Shown one piece after another: positions 18,885 to 29,748 of a DNA stretch of 64,000 nucleotides. This DNA comes from an uncultured Chloroflexia bacterium (GTDB taxonomy: Bacteria; Chloroflexota; Limnocylindria; Limnocylindrales; CSP1-4), in assembly GCA_963828165.1 (NCBI GenBank), contig CAWHDR010000001.1, positions 736,001 through 800,000 of the forward strand, in the 5' to 3' direction. The position numbers were made by a program, and so were the translations under genes. The first letter of the stretch is position 1. Each line of letters starts with the position of its first letter. Under the pieces are notes generated by a model that had not been told where the DNA came from, did not search any database, and saw only the letters and a list, made by a program, of their open reading frames with translations.

Positions 18885-20066
18885 GTGAACCCACTCGACC
18901 TCGTCGCCATCGTCCTGGTGGTGCTTGCCGTCCTGCTCGGGTACCGATCGGGGGCGCTTCCCCAGGTCGGTGGCCTGCTCGGCGCCATCGGTGGCGGAGC
19001 GATCGTCGTCCTGGCGCTACCCCTCCTCGTCGAGCCGCTCGACAATGTCCCGGCCGATCTGCGGCCGTACGCGGTGCTGACCGGCCTCCTGCTCGCGGTG
19101 GGGATCGGCGAGTCGGTCGGTTCGACGATCGGACGCACGATCGCGCGGGCCCTTGGGACCGGCGTTCTGAGCGCGGCGGACCGTGTCGCGGGCGGGTTCA
19201 CCGGTGCCGCTCAGGCCCTGCTGATCGTCTGGCTCGCCGGCGGTCTCCTGGCGATCGGCCCGATCCCGCGCCTGACCGAGGCGGCCCAGACATCGACCGC
19301 CATCCGGACGCTGAACGCCGCCCTGCCGCCACCGGCCGAGATCGCGACCGAGCTCGGGTCGCTCCTGGACGAGTCCGGTCTGCCGGAGGTGTTCGTCGGC
19401 CTCGAGCCACTGCCGCAGCCGCCAGTCGACCCGCCGACCGACGCCACCGCGAGGGCCATCGCCGAGCTCGCCGAAGCCAGCACGGTCCGGGTTTCGGCCG
19501 CGACCTGCGGATTCGAGTCCTCGGGGAGTGGGGTCGCCGTCGCCGACGGCTACGTCGTCACGAATGCGCACGTCGTCGCGGGCGCGCGGACCCGGGGCAT
19601 CCGGGTCACCGGCATCGCGGGGAAGGTGGACGCCATCGTCGTACTGTTCGATCCGGCCTTGGACGTCGCCGTTCTCTATGCACCGGACCTGCAGGCGGCG
19701 CCGCTGCGGTTCGCGGCGAGCGATCCCAGCCGCGGTGCGGTCGGCGCGGCCCTCGGATATCCAGGCGGCGGCAGCCTCACCATCGTCCCCGCCGCCGTGA
19801 CCGGCGCCTATGCTGCGACCGGCCGCGACATCTACGATCAGGCGACCGTGACCCGCCGGGTCCTGGAGCTCCGAGCGCAGATCGACCGTGGCGACAGCGG
19901 CGGCCCGTTCGTGCTGCAGGACGGGACGGTCGGCGGCCTGATCTTCGCCGAGGCCCGAACCGATCCCGACGTCGGGTACGCACTCACCCCGACCGCGGTC
20001 GCTGTCCGTGTCGCGCCGGCACTCGGTCGGACCGGGCCCGTCGAGACGGGGCCGTGTCTGCGCTAG
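18885..20066 (+). CDS. MarP-like membrane serine protease (CvpA TM domain + trypsin)
   Basis: N-terminal TM helices, TNAHVVAG, DVAVL, GDSGGP. Confidence 0.88.
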   Translation: MNPLDLVAIVLVVLAVLLGYRSGALPQVGGLLGAIGGGAIVVLALPLLVEPLDNVPADLRPYAVLTGLLLAVGIGESVGSTIGRTIARALGTGVLSAADRVAGGFTGAAQALLIVWLAGGLLAIGPIPRLTEAAQTSTAIRTLNAALPPPAEIATELGSLLDESGLPEVFVGLEPLPQPPVDPPTDATARAIAELAEASTVRVSAATCGFESSGSGVAVADGYVVTNAHVVAGARTRGIRVTGIAGKVDAIVVLFDPALDVAVLYAPDLQAAPLRFAASDPSRGAVGAALGYPGGGSLTIVPAAVTGAYAATGRDIYDQATVTRRVLELRAQIDRGDSGGPFVLQDGTVGGLIFAEARTDPDVGYALTPTAVAVRVAPALGRTGPVETGPCLR

Positions 20067-20078
20067 GCCACCGACGAT

Positions 20079-20513
20079 TCAGCTCGGGCTCGCGGAACCG
20101 CCCGGCGTGACCTCCTCGAGCCGCGCGATCCGAGTGGCGACAGATCGGAGGACGGCACCCTGGATGGTCGGGAACTGGGTCAACAGCTGGTGGAACTCCC
20201 GATGACCCACGACCATCAGCCGGCACGCCGTCACACAGGTGGCCGTCGCGGTCCGTCCCGTGTGGCCGAGCAAGGCCAGCTCCCCGAAGAAGTCGCCCGG
20301 GCCCAGATCGCGCAGGAGCTGTCCGTCGCGCTCGATCCGCACGGTGCCCTCGACGATCAGGAAGAACTCATCGCCTGACGAGCCCTGACGGGCGGCGACG
20401 CGACCGGCCGGCAGGTCCACTTCATCGGCGAGGCGTCCGACCTCTTCCAGGGCATGGCGGTCGAGTCCAGCGAGAAGCGGGACTTTCGACAGCAGCTCGA
20501 GCTTTGCGTCCAT
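20079..20513 (-). CDS. stand-alone cyclic nucleotide-binding domain protein
   Basis: FFLIVEG.V, GPGDFFGELALL..RTATA. Confidence 0.88.
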   Translation of the reverse strand: MDAKLELLSKVPLLAGLDRHALEEVGRLADEVDLPAGRVAARQGSSGDEFFLIVEGTVRIERDGQLLRDLGPGDFFGELALLGHTGRTATATCVTACRLMVVGHREFHQLLTQFPTIQGAVLRSVATRIARLEEVTPGGSASPS

Positions 20514-20662
20514 CGTGTCGATCTCGCCTCCACCTGTCGCGATCCTGCGGCCGGGCCGACATCGCGTCATGTCGCGTCGCGGCAGCATACGCGTCGCGCG
20601 TCCGCCCGGGAAGATGGCCGCGGTCCGTCGGAGCCGGCCTGCGCGGGGACTATGCTCCGGTC

Positions 20663-22327
20663 ATGGCAGGACCTGCGGCGGCACCGAAGGCGGCCGTCAC
20701 GGCACTCCGGACGACGCTCGAGGACCCGCAGCTTCGGCGGCTGACGATCGCGTGGTTCGCGATCTGCGCGGGCAAATGGGCGTTCCTGGTCACGACGCTG
20801 CTCGCGGCGTATGAGGCCGGGGGCACGGTCGCAGTGGGCATCCTCGGGCTTGCCCGCTTCCTGGTGCCCACGTTGATCGCGCCGTTCGCCGGCCTTCCGA
20901 CGGTGCGCTGGCGACCGGAGGTCGTGCTGCGGGCGGTGAACGCGATCCGGACCATGGCGATCGGCCTGGCGATCGTCGTCGTGGGGCTGGATCTGCCGAT
21001 CCCCCTCCTGTTCGCGGTCGTCGCCCTCGAAGCAGGCGTCGGAGCGTTCACGCGTCCATTGCACATGGCCCTGCTGCCCGCCGTTGCCACGTCGCCGGCC
21101 CAACTCGTGGCCGCCAACGTCACGTCCAGTGCGGCCGAGGGCCTCGGCACCTTCCTCGGCCCGGCACTGGCCGGGATGCTGCTCGTTGCGACCGGGCCGC
21201 TGGGCGCCACCATCGCGATCTTCGTGATCTATGCCGCGGGCGTAGCGGCGATCGCGCGCCTGGACGTCCCGGCGGTCGGGCGGTCGGACACCTCGGCGCG
21301 AGCCGTCCTCGACCAGCTCTCGGCCGGGATCGGGGCGTTGGTCGAGCTGCCGGGGCCACGGCTCATCGTCTGCGCGCTCGGGCTGCAGACGCTGGTTCGC
21401 GGGTTGCTCACCGTGCTCGTGGTGGTCGCGGCGATCGAGTTGCTTGGACTGGGCGATCCGGGCGTCGGGGCGCTCAACGCGGCCATGGGCCTCGGCGGGC
21501 TCTTCGGAGCGGTCGTGGCCATCACGCTCGCCGGACGGGACCGTCTCTCCCCGGCCTTCGGGCTGGCCCTCGCCGGCTGGGGTGCGCCGATCGCCGTGAT
21601 CGGCCTCGTCGTGCATCCGGCGGTCGCGCTCGTCGCCATGGCGGCCGTCGGCGTGAGCAACGCCTTCATCGATGTTTCCGGCTTCACGCTCATCCAGCGG
21701 ATGACGCCGAATTCCCGGCGCATCGCAGTCCTGGGGCTCATCGACAGCGTCGCCAACGGTGGCGTCGCCCTGGGTGGGGTCATCGCACCGGTCCTCGTCG
21801 AGACGCTGGGCATCCGCGGAGCGCTCCTGGCCAGCGGGCTGATCCTGCCTGTCGCCGCGGTCCTGCTCACGCCGGCGCTGCGCCGGATGGACGAAGGCGG
21901 CATCGGCGGGGCACGACGGGTGGAGCTCATCCGCGGCGAGCCGTTGTTCGCGCCACTCTCGCTGGCGACGGTCGAGCACCTCGCCGCGGCGCTCACACCC
22001 GTCGCCTTCGCGGACGGCGAATGGATCATGCGCGAAGGCGAGCCGGGCGTGGATTACGTCCTCATCGACACGGGCAGCGTCGAGGTTTCCCAGGAGGGGA
22101 GTGTCGTCCGGACCCTGGGACCCGGTGGCGGCGTCGGGGAGATCGCACTCATGCGCCACGTGCCGCGGACGGCGTCCGTCCGCGCGGTCGGACCGGTCAC
22201 GGCGTTCAGCCTGGATCAGGGCGACTTCCTTGAGGCCGTGACGGGACACGCCGTGAGTCGAGCCGTCGCCACGTCGAGGGTCGAGGAACGGCTGGCGGCG
22301 GACGACGGGCGGCCCGTCCTACACTGA
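20663..22327 (+). CDS. MFS transporter fused to C-terminal cNMP-binding domain
   Basis: About 12 hydrophobic segments, then [15 protein letters not shown]. Confidence 0.85.
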   Translation: MAGPAAAPKAAVTALRTTLEDPQLRRLTIAWFAICAGKWAFLVTTLLAAYEAGGTVAVGILGLARFLVPTLIAPFAGLPTVRWRPEVVLRAVNAIRTMAIGLAIVVVGLDLPIPLLFAVVALEAGVGAFTRPLHMALLPAVATSPAQLVAANVTSSAAEGLGTFLGPALAGMLLVATGPLGATIAIFVIYAAGVAAIARLDVPAVGRSDTSARAVLDQLSAGIGALVELPGPRLIVCALGLQTLVRGLLTVLVVVAAIELLGLGDPGVGALNAAMGLGGLFGAVVAITLAGRDRLSPAFGLALAGWGAPIAVIGLVVHPAVALVAMAAVGVSNAFIDVSGFTLIQRMTPNSRRIAVLGLIDSVANGGVALGGVIAPVLVETLGIRGALLASGLILPVAAVLLTPALRRMDEGGIGGARRVELIRGEPLFAPLSLATVEHLAAALTPVAFADGEWIMREGEPGVDYVLIDTGSVEVSQEGSVVRTLGPGGGVGEIALMRHVPRTASVRAVGPVTAFSLDQGDFLEAVTGHAVSRAVATSRVEERLAADDGRPVLH

Positions 22328-22400
22328 CGGGGCCACCTCCCCTGCCAGGGGCACCACCTGCCCTGGCCCCCAAGTGTCCCGACCCGGAGACGCCGTCAAG

Positions 22401-24161
22401 ATGTCCGACTCCAGCGCCCAGCACCCGTACGACCGACCGAGCGACCCGGCCAAGCGGCACTCCGCGGCCCTGACCGACGGGCCGGATCGTGCCGCCGCCC
22501 GCGCGATGCTCAAGGCGGTCGGCTTCACGGACGAGGACCTGGCCAAGCCGCTGGTCGGCGTGGGCACGACCTGGATCGAGACCATGCCGTGCAACTACAA
22601 CCAGCGACGACTGGCGGAGCACGTCAAGGACGGCATCCGTGCGGCCGGCGGCACGCCCATGGAATTCAACACCGTGTCGGTCAGCGACGGCGTGTCCATG
22701 GGCACGGAGGGCATGAAGGCGTCGCTGGTCAGCCGCGAGGTCGTTGCCGACTCGATCGAGCTGGTCGTCCGCGGCCACCTGCTCGACGGCGTCGTCTGCC
22801 TGGTGGGCTGCGACAAGACGATCCCGGGCGCGGCGATGGCCCTGGGTCGCATCGACCGGCCGGGCGTGATCCTCTACAACGGCACGATCTACCCGGGGAC
22901 CTACAAGGGCGTTCGCAACGCGACCGTGGTCACGGTCTTCGAGGCGATCGGAGCCTACCGCGCGGGCAAGATCACGCTCGATGAGCTGTACGAGGTGGAG
23001 CAGGTCGCATGCCCGGGACCTGGCGCCTGCGGCGGCCAGTACACCGCCAACACGATGGCGACGGTCATGGAGTTCATGGGCCTCTCACCCGCGGGGCTCA
23101 ACGGCATCCCGGCCGAGGATCCGGCCAAGGACGAGGCCGCGCGGAAGACGGGCGAGCTGATCATGGACCTCGTGCGCCGAGACGTCCGGCCCTCGAGATT
23201 CGTCACGCGCGCGTCGATCGAGAACGGCATCGCCTCGGTGGCCGCGACCGGTGGCTCGACGAACGGCGTGCTGCACCTCCTCGCCATCGCCCACGAGTTC
23301 GGCGTCCCGCTCGACATCGACGAGTTCGGGGCAATCGCCGATCGAACACCGGTCATCGCCGACATGCACCCGGGCGGCCGCTACCAGGCTGCCGACCTGT
23401 ACGACGCCGGCGGGATCGCACTGGTCATGCGCGAGCTGCTCAAGCGCGACGGGCTGCTCCGCGGGGACGCGCCGACCATCGACGGCCGGACGATCGCCGA
23501 GATCGCGGCCGGGGCCCAGGAGACCGAGGGCCAGAAGGTCGTCCTCCCGATCGAGACGCCCCTGAAGGCGACCGGTGGCCTTGCGATCCTGCACGGGACG
23601 CTCGCGCCGGACGGCTGCGTGGTCAAGCTGGCCGGCCACGAGCGGCGGCTGCACCGTGGCCCGGCCCGCGTCTTCGACTCGGAGGCGGCGTGCTTCGAGG
23701 CCGTCAAGGAACGCCGGATCGTGGCCGGCGATGTCGTCGTCATCCGCTGGGAAGGCCCGGTCGGGGGACCGGGCATGCAGGAGATGCTGAGCGTCACCGG
23801 CGCGCTGGTCGGCGAGGGACTGGGCGACAGCGTGGCGCTCATCACGGACGGCCGGTTCTCCGGCGGGACCCACGGGCTGATGATCGGGCACATCGCGCCG
23901 GAAGCCGCGCTGGGCGGTCCGATCGCGGTCGTCGAGGAGGGCGACGAGATCGTCATCGACGTGGACCGCAAGGCACTCGACCTGGACGTGCCCGCGGACG
24001 AGATCGCGCGCCGCCTCACTGCCTGGACGCCGCGCCCGCCCAACTACCCGACGGGGGTGCTGGCCAAGTACGCGGCGCTCGTCGGGTCGGCGTCGGAGGG
24101 AGCGGTCACGACAGGGTCACGAATGACCGCGAATCTGTCCGCCGGCGGGCCCGGCCGTTGA
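22401..24161 (+). CDS. ilvD: dihydroxy-acid dehydratase
   Basis: [40 protein letters not shown]. Confidence 0.95.
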   Translation: MSDSSAQHPYDRPSDPAKRHSAALTDGPDRAAARAMLKAVGFTDEDLAKPLVGVGTTWIETMPCNYNQRRLAEHVKDGIRAAGGTPMEFNTVSVSDGVSMGTEGMKASLVSREVVADSIELVVRGHLLDGVVCLVGCDKTIPGAAMALGRIDRPGVILYNGTIYPGTYKGVRNATVVTVFEAIGAYRAGKITLDELYEVEQVACPGPGACGGQYTANTMATVMEFMGLSPAGLNGIPAEDPAKDEAARKTGELIMDLVRRDVRPSRFVTRASIENGIASVAATGGSTNGVLHLLAIAHEFGVPLDIDEFGAIADRTPVIADMHPGGRYQAADLYDAGGIALVMRELLKRDGLLRGDAPTIDGRTIAEIAAGAQETEGQKVVLPIETPLKATGGLAILHGTLAPDGCVVKLAGHERRLHRGPARVFDSEAACFEAVKERRIVAGDVVVIRWEGPVGGPGMQEMLSVTGALVGEGLGDSVALITDGRFSGGTHGLMIGHIAPEAALGGPIAVVEEGDEIVIDVDRKALDLDVPADEIARRLTAWTPRPPNYPTGVLAKYAALVGSASEGAVTTGSRMTANLSAGGPGR

Positions 24162-24173
24162 GCCAGCGACAGG

Positions 24174-24245
24174 CCCGGGGCAGCGCGGTGACGCACCCGG
24201 GCGCAGCGCGGTGATGCGCCCGGGGGTAGCGCGGTGACGGCCCGG
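24174..24245 (+). repeat. three imperfect 22-23 bp tandem repeats
   Basis: CCCGGG(c/g)G(c/t)AGCGCGGTGA(c/t)G units at 24174, 24196 and 24219. Confidence 0.7.
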
Positions 24246-25139
24246 CACATCCCGATCGGGATCAAGACCTCGCCGCAAGCCGTCGACTGGTCGACCCTCG
24301 ACGCCGCGTGGGCACGCATCGGCGAGTACGACGTCTTCGAGTCGGTCTGGATGAACGATCACCTCACGGACGTGTCGCGGGAACGCCACGGAGCGAGCTT
24401 CGAATCACTCACCGCGATGGCGGCCCTCCTCCACCGCGTGCCCGGCAGATGGGTCGGGCACGCCGTGCTGTCCGCCACGTTCCGGCATCCCGTGGTGCTC
24501 GCGAAGGCGGCCACGGTGATGGACCACGCCACCGGCGGCCGGTTCATCCTGGGCCTGGGCGCCGGCTGGCACGAGGGCGAGCACCTCCCGTTCGCCATCC
24601 CGATGCCGCCCATGCCGGAGCGCTTCGATCGGTTCGAATCGACGGTGCACGTGCTGCGTGCCCTCTGGTCGGAGGCGGCGGCAACGCCACCCGGCGTCAC
24701 CCGCGCCGACCCGTTCTACCCGCTCGCGGAGGCGACGAACGAGCCGCCACCGCACACGCCCGGCGGACCGCCGCTCTGGTTGGGCGGGCAGAAGCGCCGG
24801 GGCATCGCGCTGGCCGCCGCGGTCGCCGACGGTTGGGCGCTCCCGGCGGTCGTCGCCCTTGGGAGCCCGACCGACCTCGACTATTTCAGTGAGAAGCGCG
24901 ACGCGATCCTCGCTGCGCTCGAGGCGGCCGGCCGGGATCCGTCGTCGTTCGAGCTCAGCGCGCAGGTGCCGACCGGGACGACCCCCGAGGATCGCCGTTG
25001 GGCGCTCGGCCAGGCGCGCGAGGCGGTCGAGCGCGGGGCGACCCACGTCATCCTCGGGATGCCGGCGCGACTCGGTGCGGACGGGGTCGACGCCGTCGCC
25101 AGCGAGGTCGCCGAGCCGTTCCGGGAGTCGGTCGCATGA
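24234..25139 (+). CDS. LLM-class flavin-dependent oxidoreductase
   Basis: WMNDH, FRHP..LAK.A...D..TGGRFILGLGAGW, PPLWLGG. Confidence 0.85.
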   Translation: MTARHIPIGIKTSPQAVDWSTLDAAWARIGEYDVFESVWMNDHLTDVSRERHGASFESLTAMAALLHRVPGRWVGHAVLSATFRHPVVLAKAATVMDHATGGRFILGLGAGWHEGEHLPFAIPMPPMPERFDRFESTVHVLRALWSEAAATPPGVTRADPFYPLAEATNEPPPHTPGGPPLWLGGQKRRGIALAAAVADGWALPAVVALGSPTDLDYFSEKRDAILAALEAAGRDPSSFELSAQVPTGTTPEDRRWALGQAREAVERGATHVILGMPARLGADGVDAVASEVAEPFRESVA

Positions 25140-26098
25140 GCGGACCGGCCGGCCTGGCGATCCGAACGGTCACCGCGGATCCGGATCTCGAGCGCCTCGT
25201 TGCGATCCAAAACACCACGAACCCAGAATCCCCGACGTCGCTCGATGAGATCCGCTGGAGCGACGCGACCTATCCGGGCACCGTGCGCTTGCTCGCCGAG
25301 GTGGATGGACGACCCGTCGGCAGCGCGACCGTGGGCCGGATCTACGTGTTCGGCCCCGAACATCCGGCGCTGTGGGCGGTCATCGGCGTGCTGCCAGCAG
25401 CGCGCCGAGCCGGCATCGGACAGCACTTGCTGGGCGACGTCTCGGCGGTCGCGGTGTCGCGCGGCAAGACCCAGCTGTACCTCCGTTGTGCCGCGGATCG
25501 CCCGGAGGGCATCGAGTTCCTGGCCCATCGCGGCTTCACGGAACTGGAGCGTTTCAAAGCGGTTCGCCTGGAGCTGGCCGACCGAGCCGCGCCGACGATC
25601 ACGCCACCACCCGGGATCGAGCTGACGACGCTCGCCGCGCGGCCCGACCTCGTCGAGGGCGTCCATGCCGTGGCGCTCGAGACCTTCCCGGACCTCCCCG
25701 GCGGAGACGAGCCCATGGTCGTCGGCGATCTCGCGGAGTTCCGGGCACGTGACGTGGACCGGCCGTCCGTCCCGAACGACGCCTTCTTCGTGGCGGTCGA
25801 ATCAGCGAGCGGCCGCGTCGTCGGCTACGCGTGCCTACTGATGCAGCCTGGGTCCGCGACCGTCGCGTATCACGACATGACGGGGGTCCTCCGCGCCTAC
25901 CGCGGGCGCGGGATCGCCCGCGAGCTCAAGCAGGCGACGATCGGCTGGGCCATCGAGCACCACCTCACCGCGCTGGAAACCGGCAATGACGAGGCCAATG
26001 CACCGATGCGAGCGGTCAATGCTCGCCTTGGGTACGAGCCCATGCCCGACGAGGTCCTGATGCGCGGTCCGCTGTTCGACGGCATCATGACGCGGTGA
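25136..26098 (+). CDS. tandem GNAT acetyltransferase
   Basis: Two motif-A regions (V.P.ARRAGIG; TGV...YRGRGIA) and N...N.PM..VN.RLGY. Confidence 0.85.
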   Translation: MSGPAGLAIRTVTADPDLERLVAIQNTTNPESPTSLDEIRWSDATYPGTVRLLAEVDGRPVGSATVGRIYVFGPEHPALWAVIGVLPAARRAGIGQHLLGDVSAVAVSRGKTQLYLRCAADRPEGIEFLAHRGFTELERFKAVRLELADRAAPTITPPPGIELTTLAARPDLVEGVHAVALETFPDLPGGDEPMVVGDLAEFRARDVDRPSVPNDAFFVAVESASGRVVGYACLLMQPGSATVAYHDMTGVLRAYRGRGIARELKQATIGWAIEHHLTALETGNDEANAPMRAVNARLGYEPMPDEVLMRGPLFDGIMTR

Positions 26099-26379
26099 CC
26101 GACACGCACACCGAGACCGAGCCCTCCCCGTCCCCGCCGGAACCCCCGACCCTCCCGCCCGATCCGGTGGCCTACGACGCTCCGCGAGCGGTCCGGGCCC
26201 GCGAGAAGGGACTGCAGGCCCCGTACATCGCTGGCGGGAACGACCCTGACCCGGCAGCGGGCCTGGCGGAGGACCGGCGGTACGTCCGGCTCCTGCTCGG
26301 GATGGCGATCGCGATCGTCGCGTCGGGGTTCATCGTCGGGACGGTGATCGCCCTGATCGGGCCGGCTGGAGGCCGATGA
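26095..26379 (+). CDS. small membrane protein
   Basis: GTGA coupling; C-terminal TM helix. Confidence 0.6.
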   Translation: MTDTHTETEPSPSPPEPPTLPPDPVAYDAPRAVRAREKGLQAPYIAGGNDPDPAAGLAEDRRYVRLLLGMAIAIVASGFIVGTVIALIGPAGGR

Positions 26380-26395
26380 CCGCCGTCGCGATCCC

Positions 26396-27824
26396 GTGAC
26401 CCCGGCGGCGGAGATCCCCGCGACGACCTGGGCGGCCGCCCACGAGGCGCTGGTGGCGACACTGCGCGACCTCATCCGGATCCCCTCGATCAACCCGCCG
26501 CCACCTGAGGCGCCCGATGGCGAGACCCGGGTCGCCCGGTATCTCGCCGGGCGTCTGACCGCCCTGGGCTTGCGACCGGAGGTCGTCGAACCGGTACCGG
26601 GTCGCGGCTCGGTCCACGCGCGTCTGCACGGCGACGGCACGGGTGGCGAACCGTTCCTCCTGCTCTCGCACCTCGATGTCGTGCCGGCCGCGCGCGGATC
26701 GCTGGAGCCACGACCCGTTCGCCGCGGACGTCGCCGACGGCTACGTCTACGGACGCGGGGCGGTCGACATGAAGGGGATGATCGCGCTCGAGCTCGCGGT
26801 CATCGAGCGGCTGGTCGAGGAGGCTCGTGCGGCCGGCCTCGATCCTGCCACGGATCCCATCCCGGGCCTGCGGCGGGACGTCCTGTTCACCTGCACGGCG
26901 GACGAGGAGGCGGGGTCGCTCGACGGCGCTCGCTGGATCGCGGCGCACCGGCCGGACTGGCTACGGGCGGCGGGCGCCGTCAACGAATGCGGCGGCGTGT
27001 CGGTCACGGTGGCCGGCAAGCGTCTGTACCCGATCCAGGTCGCGGAGAAGGGCTTCGCCCCGTACCGGATCCACATCACGGGCACGTGGGGTCATGGTTC
27101 GATGCCGCGCGCCGACAACGCCGCCGTGCTGGCCGCTCGTGCGATCGAGCGACTGGCCGTGCCGGGCACGATGCGGATCACGCCGGTCATGACCCGGTTC
27201 CTGGAGGCAGCCGCCGACGCGCTCCCCGGGGAGGCGGCCACGGCCCTGCGGCGCATCGCGACGGGCGAGCTGGACGCGGCTTCGGCCGATGCCGCCATCG
27301 ACGGGCTGTGCGACCCGATGTACGCCCGCGCCCTGCGAGCCTTGATCCGCGACACCATCAGCCCGGACATCGTCCATGCCGGCGTGAAGTACAACGTCAT
27401 CCCGGGCGACGCCGTCATCGAGGTGGACTGCCGCGTGCTGCCGGGCACCACGGAGCCCCAGATGCGTGCCGAGGTGGAGCGCCGCCTCGGGCCGGATCTC
27501 CTGCCTGCCTGCGACATCGAGCTGCTCGTGTGGGGCGAGCCCGTGGAATCGCCGGCCGACGGTCCGCTCTGGGACATCCTCGTCGCGACCCTGCTCGATC
27601 ACGACCCGGACGCGATCCCGCTCCCGGTGATGGCACCGTTCGCGACGGACGCCAAGGCGACCGCCACGCTGGGGGTGCCCACCTACGGGTTCTCCCCGCT
27701 CCGCCTGGATCCTGACGAGCGGTTCCTCGAGCGGTTCCACGGCGTGGACGAGCGCGTCTCGCTCGAGGCCCTCAGGTTCGGGCTACCCGTCCTGTACGAC
27801 GTCGTCCGCCGCTTCTGCGGGTAG
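26396..27824 (+). CDS. M20/M25/M40 metallopeptidase, frameshift near 26690 (probable sequencing error)
   Basis: SHLDVVP in one frame; W..DPF, GRGAVDMKG, DEE, NE, H..DER in the next frame. Confidence 0.85.
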
Positions 27825-27838
27825 TTTCGGCCACGGCA

Positions 27839-28051
27839 TCAGCGACCGGTGGTGCCAGGCGTGTCGTGGGCGATCCGCACGAGCTCGTCGCACGTCGTAC
27901 AGGCGTACGTCACCCCGTTGGCCCATTCCCGCTCCGGGTCGTGCTCGGCCGGCGAATGGTGACCGGGCCGTGGCTCGAGCGTCGCCCACTCCCCGTCGTT
28001 GTGCTGGTGTTGCATGCGAACCTGCAGGTCCGCCCTGCCGATGAGGTCCAT
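27839..28051 (-). CDS. small putative Zn-ribbon protein
   Basis: HQH..HH..H and YACTTCDE; GGAGG RBS. Confidence 0.6.
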   Translation of the reverse strand: MDLIGRADLQVRMQHQHNDGEWATLEPRPGHHSPAEHDPEREWANGVTYACTTCDELVRIAHDTPGTTGR

Positions 28052-28088
28052 CCGTGATCCCTCCCCTTGGAGCCCGAAGCCTACTCCC

Positions 28089-28667
28089 CTATTCCTCCTG
28101 CGGCGCCCTGATCAGGCGACCGCGCCGGCTGATGGCGTGGGTGGCCAGGGCAGCCACGCCCATGGCCACGATCGCCCGCTCCGCGGTGGGCAGCGGGCGG
28201 ACCGCAGACAGGAATTGCTCCGCCCGGGCCCGATCCACGACCCGCAGCACGGCCTGTCCACGTGGCGTCAATCGGAGGATCTTCTGCCGACGATCCTCTT
28301 CCTCGACCTGGCGCTCGACGAGCCGGCGCTTGACGAGACCGTCGATGAGCCGGCTCGTCGCGGACGGCGACCGATTGATGGATTCCGCCAGCTCCCCAAC
28401 CGTCAGCGTGCTGCCGTCGGCGAGCACGTACAGCGCCGCGAGCTGCGTGAACCCGAGACGCAGCTCCCCGAGCTGGCTGGCGAACCCGATCACGAGCTCG
28501 CGCCAGAGGGCGCGCCCCATCGCAACGCGCTCGCTGATCTGGCGGACGTTCCGGATGCGGCTCCCGGCGGCGAGGACCGGGGCCGAGAGGTCCTGCTCGA
28601 AGCGGCGCGCGATCGTGCGCGCGGGTGCGGGACGGCTGATCGGGCGGGCCGGGCGGTCGTCGGGCAT
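28089..28667 (-). CDS. MarR-family transcriptional regulator
   Basis: TVGELAE..S.S.TSRLID.LV...LV.R....DRR...L.LT.RG. Confidence 0.88.
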   Translation of the reverse strand: MPDDRPARPISRPAPARTIARRFEQDLSAPVLAAGSRIRNVRQISERVAMGRALWRELVIGFASQLGELRLGFTQLAALYVLADGSTLTVGELAESINRSPSATSRLIDGLVKRRLVERQVEEEDRRQKILRLTPRGQAVLRVVDRARAEQFLSAVRPLPTAERAIVAMGVAALATHAISRRGRLIRAPQEE

Positions 28668-28758
28668 GATCTGAGCAGCGTACGGCGCTCAGCGGAACGC
28701 TTGCAAGGCTGCACGGGAATCGGGCCGGCGCCGCGACCTTCCGACTACCCTTCGCCCG

Positions 28759-29721
28759 ATGACCAAGTTCGCATTCGTGTTCCCCGGCCAGGGCTCACAG
28801 GCCGTGGGCATGGGCCGGGATCTCGCCGTGTCGTCGAGCGCCGCCGCCGCCGTGTTCGCCGCGGCCGATTCCGCGCTCGGCGAGCCACTGAGTGCGCTTG
28901 CCTGGGAGGGACCCGCGGAGCGGCTTGACCTCACGGAGAACGCCCAGCCTGCTTTGTTGGCCGCCTCCATCGGGATCCTCGAAGCGATGCGCGAGCGCTG
29001 GACCGCCGACGGGCTTGCCGCCCCGAATCCGGCATTCGCTGCGGGGCATTCGATGGGCCAGTACTCGGCGCTCGTGGCGGCTGGTGCGCTGTCGCTCGAG
29101 GACGGAGTTCGGCTCGTGCGTGAACGAGGACGCCTCATGCAGGCTTCCGGTCAGGGCCGGGACGGCGCGATGGCCGCGCTCATCGGCCTCGACGACGCGA
29201 AGCTGCCCGAGCTCGTCGCCGCGGCCGCCGCACACGGCACGTTCGTCGTGGCCAATCGCAACTCCCCGGGCCAGGTGGTCGTGTCGGGCGATCGGGCCGC
29301 CATCGAAGCCGGCGCGGAGCTCGCTCGCGGCCTTGGTGCCAAGCGCGCGATCGTCCTGCCGGTCAGCGTGGCCGCCCATTCCCCGCTGATGGCCGAGGCC
29401 GCCGCAGCGCTGCGCGAGACCCTCGCAGGCATCGAATTCAAGGACCCGACCACGACCCTCCTCGCCAACGCCGACGGTCAACCCATCACGACCGCGGCCG
29501 GCGCCCGGGACGAGCTCGTAGAGCATTTGACGGCCGGCGTCGATTGGGTCGGCGCCGTCCGACACATGGTCGATGCCGGGGTCACGACCTTCGTCGAGAT
29601 CGGGCCAGGAAAGGTCCTGACCGGGCTCATCAGGCGTATCGCCCCCGAAGCCGAGATCGTCCCGGCCGACGACCCGGAATCGGCCGATCGACTCACCACA
29701 CTCGCCGCGCGCGCGGCCTGA
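28759..29721 (+). CDS. fabD: malonyl-CoA:ACP transacylase
   Basis: FPGQGSQ, QPA, GHSMG.Y, AHSPLM, EIGPG.VL. Confidence 0.95.
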   Translation: MTKFAFVFPGQGSQAVGMGRDLAVSSSAAAAVFAAADSALGEPLSALAWEGPAERLDLTENAQPALLAASIGILEAMRERWTADGLAAPNPAFAAGHSMGQYSALVAAGALSLEDGVRLVRERGRLMQASGQGRDGAMAALIGLDDAKLPELVAAAAAHGTFVVANRNSPGQVVVSGDRAAIEAGAELARGLGAKRAIVLPVSVAAHSPLMAEAAAALRETLAGIEFKDPTTTLLANADGQPITTAAGARDELVEHLTAGVDWVGAVRHMVDAGVTTFVEIGPGKVLTGLIRRIAPEAEIVPADDPESADRLTTLAARAA

Positions 29722-29748
29722 CAAGCCCACCAGGAGGAACGTTCACCC

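Noticed and set aside
24174-24245. Possible mini-CRISPR
   Set aside because: Repeats are contiguous with no spacers and no cas genes
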